Of a DNA stretch of 64,000 nucleotides, positions 25,219 to 34,861 are shown piece after piece (within the stretch, counting starts at the first letter, position 1; every line of letters starts with the position of its first letter). The DNA lies in the IMG/VR virus record IMGVR_UViG_3300020411_000002; one strand, given 5' to 3'. Below the pieces are notes generated by a model, which saw only the letters and a program-made list of their open reading frames with translations, did no database searches and was not told where the DNA came from. The DNA is from a virus (lineage: Duplodnaviria; Caudoviricetes). Both the position numbers and the translations under genes were made by a program.

Positions 25219-25531
25219 TTTTATCCTCTTTATCTAAACAAATATGAGCAACAAAATTTCCATCTTCTTCCGATATAGCACACCGACGAACCTTGCAGTT
25301 AGGATTAAGCATCGAGTACTCAGACATATCCATGTTAAATGATTCTAGTACTTGCTCTACTGTAGGCAGCGTATCCATCTGACTATAATCGTAAACAATA
25401 CCCTCGTCTTCCTGTGTCACATTAGGATATGAACGGTTATGTTCTTCTGCTATCTTATCAATAGCTTTACGCCAACTATTCATTAAGTTTGAAATAGGTT
25501 GGTCGGTTTCTTCTTTCCAATCTATAGACAT
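25211..25531 (-). CDS. Hypothetical protein
   Basis: ORF track; tightly packed with its neighbours. Confidence 0.65.
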   Translation of the reverse strand: MSIDWKEETDQPISNLMNSWRKAIDKIAEEHNRSYPNVTQEDEGIVYDYSQMDTLPTVEQVLESFNMDMSEYSMLNPNCKVRRCAISEEDGNFVAHICLDKEDKSG

Positions 25532-25533
25532 AG

Positions 25534-27315
25534 TTAACTCGTTATCGGTTCGTTAGATTTGTCGTAGTTTTCTATATTGTTAAAGTACTTAGTAAACTCT
25601 TTTGGATTAAGCTTACGTACAAAGTCGGCTTCTTTCTCAATAGACTGATTAGTCTTCGAGCTAATACGAACTGTTTGATATTCCATTGGGTCATTAGTAA
25701 TGTCGTAGACCTTGTATACCGTAATAGAATCGTTTTTCTTTAGAGGGTAGATATCAAGAATTAGATATTCGCGTTGTTCAGTCTTGTCTTCCTTAAACTG
25801 AATTACATCGCCTTCCTCATACGCTTTAGTCTCTTCGACGTCCTCAACAGACTCGGGGTCTTCATCCTCTTCTGCGAGTTCAACATCTTCGTCTTCATCA
25901 TACGATTCTTGCTCAATGTCATCCAGATCGACAGGCTCTTCGCTTTCATCCTCTTCAATCTCTTCGACTTCTTCTGTATCTTCCTGTACTTCATCATCGG
26001 GATCGTCCTCTATCTCGGTTTCTTCTTCCGACTCTTCAAGCTCAGATTCTTCTTCGATATCTGGATCTTCTTCATCGTCTGGAAGTTCTTCATCTTCGTC
26101 CTCAAAATCGGCTTCTTCTTCCTCGTCTTCATCTTCTTCCATAGATTGAGAAAGTTCTTCTCGCATATCACCTATTTCAGAATCAAGACTTTGACCTATA
26201 GCATCAGAGTCTGCATCGACAGAAACAATTTCGTCTTCATCGATTATATCATCGCCTTCTAGGTCAATGTTATCAATGTCATCAAGATCATCAAAGTCAA
26301 AATCACCGTCATCATCGGCTGCCATGTCGTCTAAGTCTGCAACAACTTTCTCTTTGTCTTGCATTCGCTTAGAAGATTCTTCAATGACAATATCGTCCAT
26401 GTCTTTTACAGGCGCATAAATTGAAGGTGCAACATCTTGCATACCAGCCAAACGTAAAGCCTCTTTACGAGCCTTTTCTTGCTTCTCTAGTTTCTTGCGC
26501 TGTATTTCTTCAAGACGTTTTTGTTTGGCTTCTCGCTTAGCCTCTTTGATTTTTTCACGAGCTTCTTTTTCTTTTAGAGCTTTGGAAATCTCTCTATCTT
26601 TTTTAAGTCTCTTTATCTCGTCCAATGTAACTTTTCCTTTAAGCCATCTGTTTAGCGGCAGTAAAGGTGAATTCTCTACTAGATAGTCATACTTGTCTGT
26701 AGGAATCGCCCAGCTAGTACCATCAGGAAAAGCAATAACACCGCCACGACTTTCCTTTAAAAATCGAAGACCAAACACTTGGCCTTTTTCCATTTCAAAG
26801 AACTTGTCTAGTGTTTTGCTGTACTTAAACTTTGGAACGTTAAGCTTTCGCCACTGGTAGTTTTGAAAGAACACACCGTGCTTACTTTCTGGTACTGGTC
26901 TAGAAGCATTGCGCGTTGGATAGTATCTATCTGCGGCGGTATCATAGACACGAGTATTCGGATTTTCAATAGGCCGTCTAGGTGCGCGTGGAGAAGAATT
27001 CTTGTTTCCTCTCCCTGCTCTAACGTCTTCTATTTTTGGTGCTTTACGTTTGTGAGATCGTTTAACTAGGTTAACTAGGTCATTCTCTGATATTGGATAA
27101 GCTACATAATACTTATCAGGAAAGATTAAGTAAGCGCGATTGCCACGAATAGGTTTAATACCAAATACAGCTTTAGGTGGAATAGAGATATCAAAGTTTC
27201 CCGATTCCATCTTTTTGGTTCTTAGACCTTTATACGTGTACCAATTGTATTGCGGTAAATCAGAATACTTTACTGCTACGCTTACGGATTCTAATTCATT
27301 TATATTCTCAAACAT
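25534..27315 (-). CDS. Hypothetical protein: two shared domains, K/E coiled coil, ~170-aa D/E tract, C-terminal globular domain
   Basis: Starts MFENINELESVSVAV; composition read from the translation. Confidence 0.7.
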   Translation of the reverse strand: MFENINELESVSVAVKYSDLPQYNWYTYKGLRTKKMESGNFDISIPPKAVFGIKPIRGNRAYLIFPDKYYVAYPISENDLVNLVKRSHKRKAPKIEDVRAGRGNKNSSPRAPRRPIENPNTRVYDTAADRYYPTRNASRPVPESKHGVFFQNYQWRKLNVPKFKYSKTLDKFFEMEKGQVFGLRFLKESRGGVIAFPDGTSWAIPTDKYDYLVENSPLLPLNRWLKGKVTLDEIKRLKKDREISKALKEKEAREKIKEAKREAKQKRLEEIQRKKLEKQEKARKEALRLAGMQDVAPSIYAPVKDMDDIVIEESSKRMQDKEKVVADLDDMAADDDGDFDFDDLDDIDNIDLEGDDIIDEDEIVSVDADSDAIGQSLDSEIGDMREELSQSMEEDEDEEEEADFEDEDEELPDDEEDPDIEEESELEESEEETEIEDDPDDEVQEDTEEVEEIEEDESEEPVDLDDIEQESYDEDEDVELAEEDEDPESVEDVEETKAYEEGDVIQFKEDKTEQREYLILDIYPLKKNDSITVYKVYDITNDPMEYQTVRISSKTNQSIEKEADFVRKLNPKEFTKYFNNIENYDKSNEPITS

Positions 27316-27326
27316 GACGTTTCCTA

Positions 27327-30300
27327 TTAACCGCCTTTAATGTAGCCGGTGCTTGGACAACCATAACAGCTATTAACACAGGGAAGTTTTTGAGCCCATA
27401 TCCAACAGCCTGGAGATACTTCATACGTTCTAACAGCAGGACCTTCTACACCCCATACTCCAATAGCATTGGCTAGTGCTGCATTCTCAGTCGCAAAATA
27501 GCCACTGTCTAAACAGTTTTCATTGCCTAAAGCTACGCAATCACTTTCAGTAATTGTAACCGTACGGCTTCCTAATGAAGTGTATGAGAAAGTATCTAGC
27601 GAAACAAATGTTGGTGCAAATAAGGACACCTCAGAATGATATGTATAGTCAGTGACTGCATTAGGTTTATCTATAAACGCAGACTCTAAATCATCAACCT
27701 TTAAAGTATATCCAGACTGGTATTTAATATTGTATAAGTTGTCTACTACAGTTTTATTTACAGTATTCGAAGTCAAACCCTGAACACCGTCTACTTCGAC
27801 TTTCAGGTAATGTACTGCTGTACTTACTGCCCTAGCGTGTTTATTCCAATCTATTTCTAAATTAACAACAGAACTAGATATAGGTTTATTGAAGTCTACA
27901 ACAAATGCCTTAGCAGCCTCTACATTAGGTTTAGAGAACTCTTGGATAAAGAACTTACCCATATCAAAAGTTAGTTTACCATACTCGTATTCAATAAAGC
28001 CTAAATCGTTTCGTGTAAAGATTCTAAACTCACGTTCATGCTCTAACGATAATACAGAACGCTTTTTGAAATCAATAGAAGTAACAGCGTCTGACCTATC
28101 AGTGTCTGTAACAAACTCGCCCTGCTCAGTAAAAGGCATTTCGGCAAAGTTACGAATAAACTCTTGATTGCGATAAGTAAGATAGTTAGTGTTAGCACCC
28201 TTGGTATAATCTATACTTACACTGTACGCAATAGGAGAAGTAGTTCTATCAAAGTCTGTTTCAGTGTATGGTTTTATACCTGATGCACCTTTAACGTATT
28301 CTATTTCTTGACCTGTAGTAGTTGAGCGATTAGAACGTAAGTATTCTACGTCCATACCATAAGCCGAGTGTAGTGACTTAACAGATTCAAATTTGTCTAT
28401 AAAGAAAGAGGGGTTAGAAGACCTCTCTGCTTGCGACTTAGCAACATCAAGAATTGGTCGATTAGACTTTGAGTAGTTAGCACCTTTATATTGGAAATCA
28501 AAAGTAGCTGGAACAACAATACTGGATTCCAAGTTTTTCTCTACCAACATATTAGGTAAAGAGGTGGGAACAATTTCTCGCTCCAAAGCAAAAGACTTTG
28601 CAACAATAACATCTGCTTCTGCATCATAATGATTAACACTTACACCTGACTGACCTATAACTTCTGCATCTTCTCTATCTATATAAGGAGCAAGCTCTCT
28701 ACTTTGAATTGCATCAGTAGTCTTTAAGCTTTGAATGTTCCAACTGCCTTGCGATATACCACTAACAACTCTATGAACTGTAGTACTTCCATAAACACCT
28801 AATGCATAACCTACTAGCTGTATGTCAGAACCACCAGCAACACGAATTGACTTCTGTTCGTATAGAACACCTTTATAGTTTAATTCATCTGGACTAATCT
28901 CACTAGGCACAGACCCGTTAATTAAAGGAATAGTATTTCTTGGTATGATAATATCGACACTGAATTCAGAACTAACTGAGTCTAAGTTTATTACTTCTGA
29001 TTGAAGCTTATCACCTAAAGTAACACCTTTAATTGTTCCAAAGTCTAGAGGCACCATTGACATAGCTGGAAGTGTAGTAACTATCCAGGTCACGCTAGTT
29101 TTACACATAGATAATACAAGCTGGTGGGCTGTACCGAATACAGGTTTAGTAGTAAGCTTTAACTGTACACTGTCTCCACTTTCAATAGCAGCACTTTGTC
29201 CTACATCAACACCATTAACGATAATAGAACTATTGTAATCGTCATTAATTCTAGCAAGAGTAGGTTCTGCCGTATCTATAATGATAGCATCGGAAATAAA
29301 TTCACTACCTAGTTCAGCATAGAAGATATCGATAAAATCAGAACGAGCTTCTGGTTTATTTTCATCACGAGGTTCTTCACTTCGCGTAGTTATAACCCAA
29401 GTGCTTTCAAAGATACCACCCCATGTAACAGTACTAAATGTTTCTTGGCAATTTTCTTCATGACTAGTAGCAGCAATGTATACGCGATCACCGTTTGAAA
29501 CAGTTGTCGAAGAACCTACGTCTACCCCATTTTTGTAGATAGTTCCGTAGTCTAGCTCCATTGTACATTCGATAACATCAAGACCATGAATCTGTATAGC
29601 GTTAGAAATATAGCCTGTGTTAGTTTCAGCAAACTGATTGTTATTCCATGTAGTATCTATAGGTATTAACCTTTTAAGCTCTGGACTAGCAGTAAATGAA
29701 TATGCATGTTGTCCTAGAACAAAATCAATTCGTCTTGCTTTACCTCCGGGAATGCTTACTTCAAAGTAGAACTCACCATAAGGCTGTATGACAGTTCCAT
29801 TTGTAAAAGAACCTTCCTCAGTATTAACACTTACTTCTACGTCTGAATCATCTGGGTACAAGTATAAGGTTACAGGGTTTCGTACACCATCAATAGTGTA
29901 AGTATCACTTCTACCAGTACCACCAACCGGAATATCGATAATACTTTTATAGTCGATTGGATCTGGGTCTCCGTCAGATACGATAAGTCTTTCGTCAATA
30001 TCTGGATAAAGACAAGACGCAATAAGGACAGAGTTAGCATTATTAAAATATAGCTCATAACTATGACTCGGTAAATCAATCCTATCAATTACTCGTAGCG
30101 AAGAGTCGAGCTTCAACAATTCAGATTCAACTATATCGGAAACGTATAAAGTTTCGTTATCTCTATCATAGGCGAGTCCGTCTAAATAGCCCTGTCCTTG
30201 AAAGAAACTTGTTAGTAATATCGTGTGATTGTTTTCAAAGTCTAACTCTACTATTGTTATTTTTCGTTCCTGTCTATGCGTTATGTAAAGTCTACCTAAA

Positions 30301-31256
30301 ACACTTTCGTAAAACATAGAAGAAGCGAAAGCTGGCAAGCTAACAGAATGGTCTAACGTAGAACCAAGAACAAAATCTACAGAGGTCTCTGTAAGGACAG
30401 CGCAGTACTCGTTAACTTGATACAGTCTATGAGGTTTGCGTATTAGCGTAAGAGTCTCAGTCGAAGTAACAGAACCAAAATCATCTACGGTTATAACGGT
30501 TAGGTCATTAGAGTCTCGGTGTGCTACATAGATAACATTTAAAACACTTGTAATAGAAATAGGAGCAGTTACATCAATAGTACCAATCTCACTATATGCA
30601 GTGTTTAGTAATTGTATTTTGTTTGAATGTTCAAAAGCTACTGCAAAGAATATACGCTTTTCAGAGGACGCAGAAAATACAGTCGTAGAATCTACAGGCC
30701 CATCGTAGTCAGTATCAATACGACCTACAAATACGCCTTCTGCATCCAATATAGAAATCTTATTTAAGTAATAATCTAACACATGATATTTTGTTCTAAG
30801 AATAGAGACCGCGCCTTTATCCACTTTTTTATCTGTTAGATTTTGAACAACTGGCTCAGTGCTATCACTAGATAGAGTAACAACACTGCTATTATCCTGA
30901 GCAACCCACTCAGAATCTGGTAATACTTCCCATGCGTACTTTCCGTTAAGCGCATCGTTGTACTCAAAGGTTTCATCGAACTTATTAATTAGTGCAAATG
31001 TACCAACAAGCTCTTCGTCTTGAAAAAGCTGAGCAAAACGAGGAATGCCCAGAGAAGACCCAGAAGTAGCTCGTACTTCCACAGTATCTCCGGACACAGC
31101 ATTCGTAGACGAACCTCGTTCGTTTCCATTTACTATAATAGTTCCTATGCTTACACGCAATGAAACCAATACTTCATCGGTAAGTATATATGCAGGATTT
31201 GAAATCTCTACAGTATTAGGCTCTAGACCTGATTTATATCCAAGATCGTATAACAT
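27327..31256 (-). CDS. Large tail fibre/appendage protein (beta-propeller plus repeated Ig-like domains, Cys-rich C-terminus)
   Basis: YVTN-like propeller segment; about four D..P...F......S..I.I.G repeats; C-terminal CV...NC...CW...PC..SC.GC. Confidence 0.6.
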   Translation of the reverse strand: MLYDLGYKSGLEPNTVEISNPAYILTDEVLVSLRVSIGTIIVNGNERGSSTNAVSGDTVEVRATSGSSLGIPRFAQLFQDEELVGTFALINKFDETFEYNDALNGKYAWEVLPDSEWVAQDNSSVVTLSSDSTEPVVQNLTDKKVDKGAVSILRTKYHVLDYYLNKISILDAEGVFVGRIDTDYDGPVDSTTVFSASSEKRIFFAVAFEHSNKIQLLNTAYSEIGTIDVTAPISITSVLNVIYVAHRDSNDLTVITVDDFGSVTSTETLTLIRKPHRLYQVNEYCAVLTETSVDFVLGSTLDHSVSLPAFASSMFYESVLGRLYITHRQERKITIVELDFENNHTILLTSFFQGQGYLDGLAYDRDNETLYVSDIVESELLKLDSSLRVIDRIDLPSHSYELYFNNANSVLIASCLYPDIDERLIVSDGDPDPIDYKSIIDIPVGGTGRSDTYTIDGVRNPVTLYLYPDDSDVEVSVNTEEGSFTNGTVIQPYGEFYFEVSIPGGKARRIDFVLGQHAYSFTASPELKRLIPIDTTWNNNQFAETNTGYISNAIQIHGLDVIECTMELDYGTIYKNGVDVGSSTTVSNGDRVYIAATSHEENCQETFSTVTWGGIFESTWVITTRSEEPRDENKPEARSDFIDIFYAELGSEFISDAIIIDTAEPTLARINDDYNSSIIVNGVDVGQSAAIESGDSVQLKLTTKPVFGTAHQLVLSMCKTSVTWIVTTLPAMSMVPLDFGTIKGVTLGDKLQSEVINLDSVSSEFSVDIIIPRNTIPLINGSVPSEISPDELNYKGVLYEQKSIRVAGGSDIQLVGYALGVYGSTTVHRVVSGISQGSWNIQSLKTTDAIQSRELAPYIDREDAEVIGQSGVSVNHYDAEADVIVAKSFALEREIVPTSLPNMLVEKNLESSIVVPATFDFQYKGANYSKSNRPILDVAKSQAERSSNPSFFIDKFESVKSLHSAYGMDVEYLRSNRSTTTGQEIEYVKGASGIKPYTETDFDRTTSPIAYSVSIDYTKGANTNYLTYRNQEFIRNFAEMPFTEQGEFVTDTDRSDAVTSIDFKKRSVLSLEHEREFRIFTRNDLGFIEYEYGKLTFDMGKFFIQEFSKPNVEAAKAFVVDFNKPISSSVVNLEIDWNKHARAVSTAVHYLKVEVDGVQGLTSNTVNKTVVDNLYNIKYQSGYTLKVDDLESAFIDKPNAVTDYTYHSEVSLFAPTFVSLDTFSYTSLGSRTVTITESDCVALGNENCLDSGYFATENAALANAIGVWGVEGPAVRTYEVSPGCWIWAQKLPCVNSCYGCPSTGYIKGG

Positions 31257-31585
31257 TATTCACCTACAATCTTCGTAGTTCCATTCATTGACACTTCACG
31301 GATGAAGCTTTTAAGTGCGATAGACTTTTGAGAAAAGCTTACCTTTTCAAAATCTCTACCATCAAACATGTTCAAGTGCATAGAGCAAAAGCGGTAGATA
31401 CAGTTAGAAATAGCTACTGACCTGCTTTCACAGGACGTAGTAAATCGTTCTCGTCTATTTTTATATTCGACTTGTACTACGTATTCTTTTACGTTACTAG
31501 TACTTTTAATTTTCGGTCTAAGTGGTGGGTACAAAGACCCACCATATTTATAAACCGATGCACTTAAAGGAATTGCATGTTCCAC
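31256..31585 (-). CDS. Hypothetical protein
   Basis: ORF track; 1-nt overlap with the fibre gene. Confidence 0.55.
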   Translation of the reverse strand: MEHAIPLSASVYKYGGSLYPPLRPKIKSTSNVKEYVVQVEYKNRRERFTTSCESRSVAISNCIYRFCSMHLNMFDGRDFEKVSFSQKSIALKSFIREVSMNGTTKIVGE

Positions 31586-31591
31586 GACACG

Positions 31592-32632
31592 TTAACGGGA
31601 AATAGTAATTCCCATTCCCTCGGTCTGGAAGTAAATACGCATACCTTTGTTGTCTTCGTGGTTAGCATTCAGTGCGCGATATTTACGAGGCTGAGCTTCA
31701 CCATAAACACTAACCTCATGTTGGGCATACTGAGAAGTAACGTCAGCACTTGCATAGGCAATAATGTCTAACTCATGCGGATATGAATAGCGCTGAGTGT
31801 TCAAGCCACGAGGAAAGTTAATGATGTATTTACCATCTTCATAGATAGACGTTTGCTGAATGCTGTTAATGATTCGTGTACTATCCGCAGTATCTACAGT
31901 AGCAGAGACCGGGAATGTAGGAGCGTTAACGTCTTTCTCGCGAACAACAAACTTCATGATACCATCTAGTTCAGAAGTATTTAAGTCTGAACCGCCACCA
32001 CCTGTATGAGAGAATACACAGAACAGAGGTGCTTTACCATCTACTACGATTGCACCAGTTGAATCTACCATACGACCAATAGTGAACCATGCAAACTTGT
32101 CACCGTCACCATCGTAAGATTCAGCCCACATACAGAAAGCGATACCACGGTCTGTAACGGTTAAAAAGTATGAAATAGGAACAGATTCTTCGTCGTTTCC
32201 ATCAAATCCCCAATTCTCGTAAGAGAAGAAATGATTGCGGTCACCGCCAGTTAACACTTGGCTATTTTTAAACATGAAACCTGATTTAGAAACGTTGGTA
32301 TTGTTACCATCTGTTTTTGAAGTAGCTACTGTAACTTCACCTCTATCACCAAGAATTAGCTGAGTAGGTGTAAAGGTATAGATATCCAGTACGTCATCAG
32401 CATCGTCTGCAACAATGTAAAGAAGCCAAGGCTGGTCTTCATCACCTGCTAGAGGGTCAACTGTAGTATCAGGTTTTAATAGAATGCTCTTGTGTGAATC
32501 TACTAAAGACAAATCCGCATTCTGGTCATCTACGCTAACTAAACTAAAACCGTTAGCTGTCAGGTCAGTTGCAAGAGTAGCGATAAGATTTTCTACACTT
32601 ACAAAGTTATTCTTTTCGACTGTAAAGCCCAT
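31592..32632 (-). CDS. Virion structural protein, paralog 5 of 5
   Basis: Shared motifs GKAPLFCVFS, FVVREKDV, RIINSIQQ, QRYSYPHELD, SADV, NKGMR. Confidence 0.75.
   Translation of the reverse strand: MGFTVEKNNFVSVENLIATLATDLTANGFSLVSVDDQNADLSLVDSHKSILLKPDTTVDPLAGDEDQPWLLYIVADDADDVLDIYTFTPTQLILGDRGEVTVATSKTDGNNTNVSKSGFMFKNSQVLTGGDRNHFFSYENWGFDGNDEESVPISYFLTVTDRGIAFCMWAESYDGDGDKFAWFTIGRMVDSTGAIVVDGKAPLFCVFSHTGGGGSDLNTSELDGIMKFVVREKDVNAPTFPVSATVDTADSTRIINSIQQTSIYEDGKYIINFPRGLNTQRYSYPHELDIIAYASADVTSQYAQHEVSVYGEAQPRKYRALNANHEDNKGMRIYFQTEGMGITISR
31879..31906 (+). repeat. 28-nt exact repeat, second copy at 32923-32950
   Basis: TACTATCCGCAGTATCTACAGTAGCAGA is identical in paralogs 5 and 4. Confidence 0.9.
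32426..32455 (+). repeat. 30-nt exact repeat, second copy at 33638-33667
   Basis: CCAAGGCTGGTCTTCATCACCTGCTAGAGG is identical in paralogs 5 and 4. Confidence 0.9.
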
Positions 32633-32644
32633 TGTAGTCTCCTA

Positions 32645-33844
32645 TTAATCGATTCCGTTACCGCTTGTTTGCATTACCATACGCATACCTTTATTATACG
32701 TAGAGTTAGCACCAAGTCCGGCGTATTCACGAGCAGCACTTTCACCGTAGAAAGTAAGCTCGATAGTGTTGTCGTGTGAGATAGCATCGGCACTAGTGTA
32801 GCCAATCATATCTAGCTCATGAGGATAGCCGTAACGTTGAGAGTTTAGTCCATTAGGAAAATGAACAATAAACCTCTCGTCTTCGCCAATTGCAACCTGC
32901 TGCACTGCATTGATAATACGATTACTATCCGCAGTATCTACAGTAGCAGAAACAGGAAATGTAGGAGTGGTAACGTCTGCTTCACGAGTAACCATGTACA
33001 GGACTTGTGTAGGGTTTGATACGTTAAGATTTTTATCGCCATTACCCTCTAGTGAGAATACGGTAAACAGCGGACTCTTACCATCAACAATAACAGCACC
33101 ATTGTCTTTGTCTACCATTCGCTGAGTACAGAACCAAGCTTGGTTTTGACCTTCGCTGTCATAAGACTCACCCCACAATGCAAATGCAATTCCATGGTCT
33201 GAGATTGAAAGACGATAGCTAAGTGGGTGTGCAGCGAAGTCACCTACACGACCCCAGTTTGGTTGATTCTTCTGAGTGAAATCTTTTTCTTGGTTTTGTT
33301 TATCGTCATTAAAACAATAGAAAAAGCCGTTAGTATAGTCCCTAGCAGTACCCGAACCACCTTTAATGTCTAAGTGTGTACGAATCAAACTATCGTAACC
33401 TAAGAAGCCCGCACCTTGTTCAGTTTGCTCACGAGTACCATAGCCTGATGTATTATAAGGCATAAAGTCTTTAAAGTACTTGTAAGCAATTCTCCACGTA
33501 CCATCTGGATTCTCTACAATCTGAGTAGGTGTGCATATCCAAACACGTAGCCAGTTTTGATGACCGTCACTGAACTTGTACGATAGCTTACCAGAACCGT
33601 CATCGCCTACAGTAGATCGTGCTGTAATAAACACAATCCAAGGCTGGTCTTCATCACCTGCTAGAGGATCTACAGTTGTAGTAGCTTTCAAACAAACAGA
33701 CTCTGTTTCGTCTGTTGGTGTTCCAGCACCCGCTGCACCGTTTAAGTAGATTACTTCAAATCCATTACTTGCCATATCATTAGCTACAGCAGTAAGTAAC
33801 TGAGTGGCTTTTGAGTAACCTTGGCGTTTAACGCTAAAGCCCAT
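32645..33844 (-). CDS. Virion structural protein, paralog 4 of 5
   Basis: Same motif set as the other four paralogs. Confidence 0.75.
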   Translation of the reverse strand: MGFSVKRQGYSKATQLLTAVANDMASNGFEVIYLNGAAGAGTPTDETESVCLKATTTVDPLAGDEDQPWIVFITARSTVGDDGSGKLSYKFSDGHQNWLRVWICTPTQIVENPDGTWRIAYKYFKDFMPYNTSGYGTREQTEQGAGFLGYDSLIRTHLDIKGGSGTARDYTNGFFYCFNDDKQNQEKDFTQKNQPNWGRVGDFAAHPLSYRLSISDHGIAFALWGESYDSEGQNQAWFCTQRMVDKDNGAVIVDGKSPLFTVFSLEGNGDKNLNVSNPTQVLYMVTREADVTTPTFPVSATVDTADSNRIINAVQQVAIGEDERFIVHFPNGLNSQRYGYPHELDMIGYTSADAISHDNTIELTFYGESAAREYAGLGANSTYNKGMRMVMQTSGNGID

Positions 33845-33859
33845 GTTTATTCTCCAAAA

Positions 33860-34861
33860 TTATTCACCGCCTTCCGTCCAGAACATAACGCGCATACCTT
33901 TGTTGAAAGGTTGTTGTGCATTCATTCCGACATACTTGCGGGCAGTTGCTTCGTTAAAAGGATTTACTTCAAGTTCTATTGATTGACTTAATACATCGGC
34001 AGATATAATACCAATTAAATCTAGCTGGTGGATATATCCATAACGCTGTGTACATAGTCCGTTGGGAAAGGTCATTACAATAGTATCGTCCTCTCTTATA
34101 GAAACTTGTTGCTTACTATTGATAATACGATTGCTATCGGCAGTGTCAGTTGTAGCAGATACAGGAAATGTAGGTGCGTTAACATCTTTCTCACGAACAA
34201 CGAATTGATAAATATCGTCAATGTCGTTTGTTCTTGAAGCAGCAAGACCTCTAGTTGAGAATACACAAAATAGAGGACTCTTGCCTTTAGTTACCACACT
34301 GCCTGATTTAGTTACCATACGTTGACAACAAAGCCAGAAGAACTTATCACCTGCATTGTCGTAAGACTCCACCCAAATAGAAAGAGTAAATCCATGCGGA
34401 TGAAATGAAACTTGGTAACTCATTGGGTTAGCTTGTGTGTCGCTGCCTAATATGTCCCAATTCTCAAAGCTTACAGTTCGTGAACTTCCAGCTTCTGAAC
34501 CAATCCTATTCAAACTACCTTTAGTAAGCTTGCCACTCAAGTAATCAGTTTCATCAACTGCTCTACGTACTGCAATACGGAAGTCACCGTCTATGTCTAT
34601 TACTTGATCTCGTCCAGTAATATAAAAGTCCAACCACTGCTCCTGTTCGTCATAGAATAACGATAAAGACCAAGGTTGATTAGAGACTATTGGGTCAACG
34701 ATAGAAGTAGCGTTCATACAAACTTTAGAGTTTATATTTGCAATGCTGTCAGTAGCTGTTCCGTCTACGTTAACAACATCAAACCCATTAGCCTTTAAAA
34801 TACCTACGAGATCAACGACAAGACTTTTAAATGTAGAAAAGCCATTACGTTGAATATTCAT
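33860..34861 (-). CDS. Virion structural protein, paralog 3 of 5
   Basis: Same motif set as the other four paralogs. Confidence 0.75.
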   Translation of the reverse strand: MNIQRNGFSTFKSLVVDLVGILKANGFDVVNVDGTATDSIANINSKVCMNATSIVDPIVSNQPWSLSLFYDEQEQWLDFYITGRDQVIDIDGDFRIAVRRAVDETDYLSGKLTKGSLNRIGSEAGSSRTVSFENWDILGSDTQANPMSYQVSFHPHGFTLSIWVESYDNAGDKFFWLCCQRMVTKSGSVVTKGKSPLFCVFSTRGLAASRTNDIDDIYQFVVREKDVNAPTFPVSATTDTADSNRIINSKQQVSIREDDTIVMTFPNGLCTQRYGYIHQLDLIGIISADVLSQSIELEVNPFNEATARKYVGMNAQQPFNKGMRVMFWTEGGE

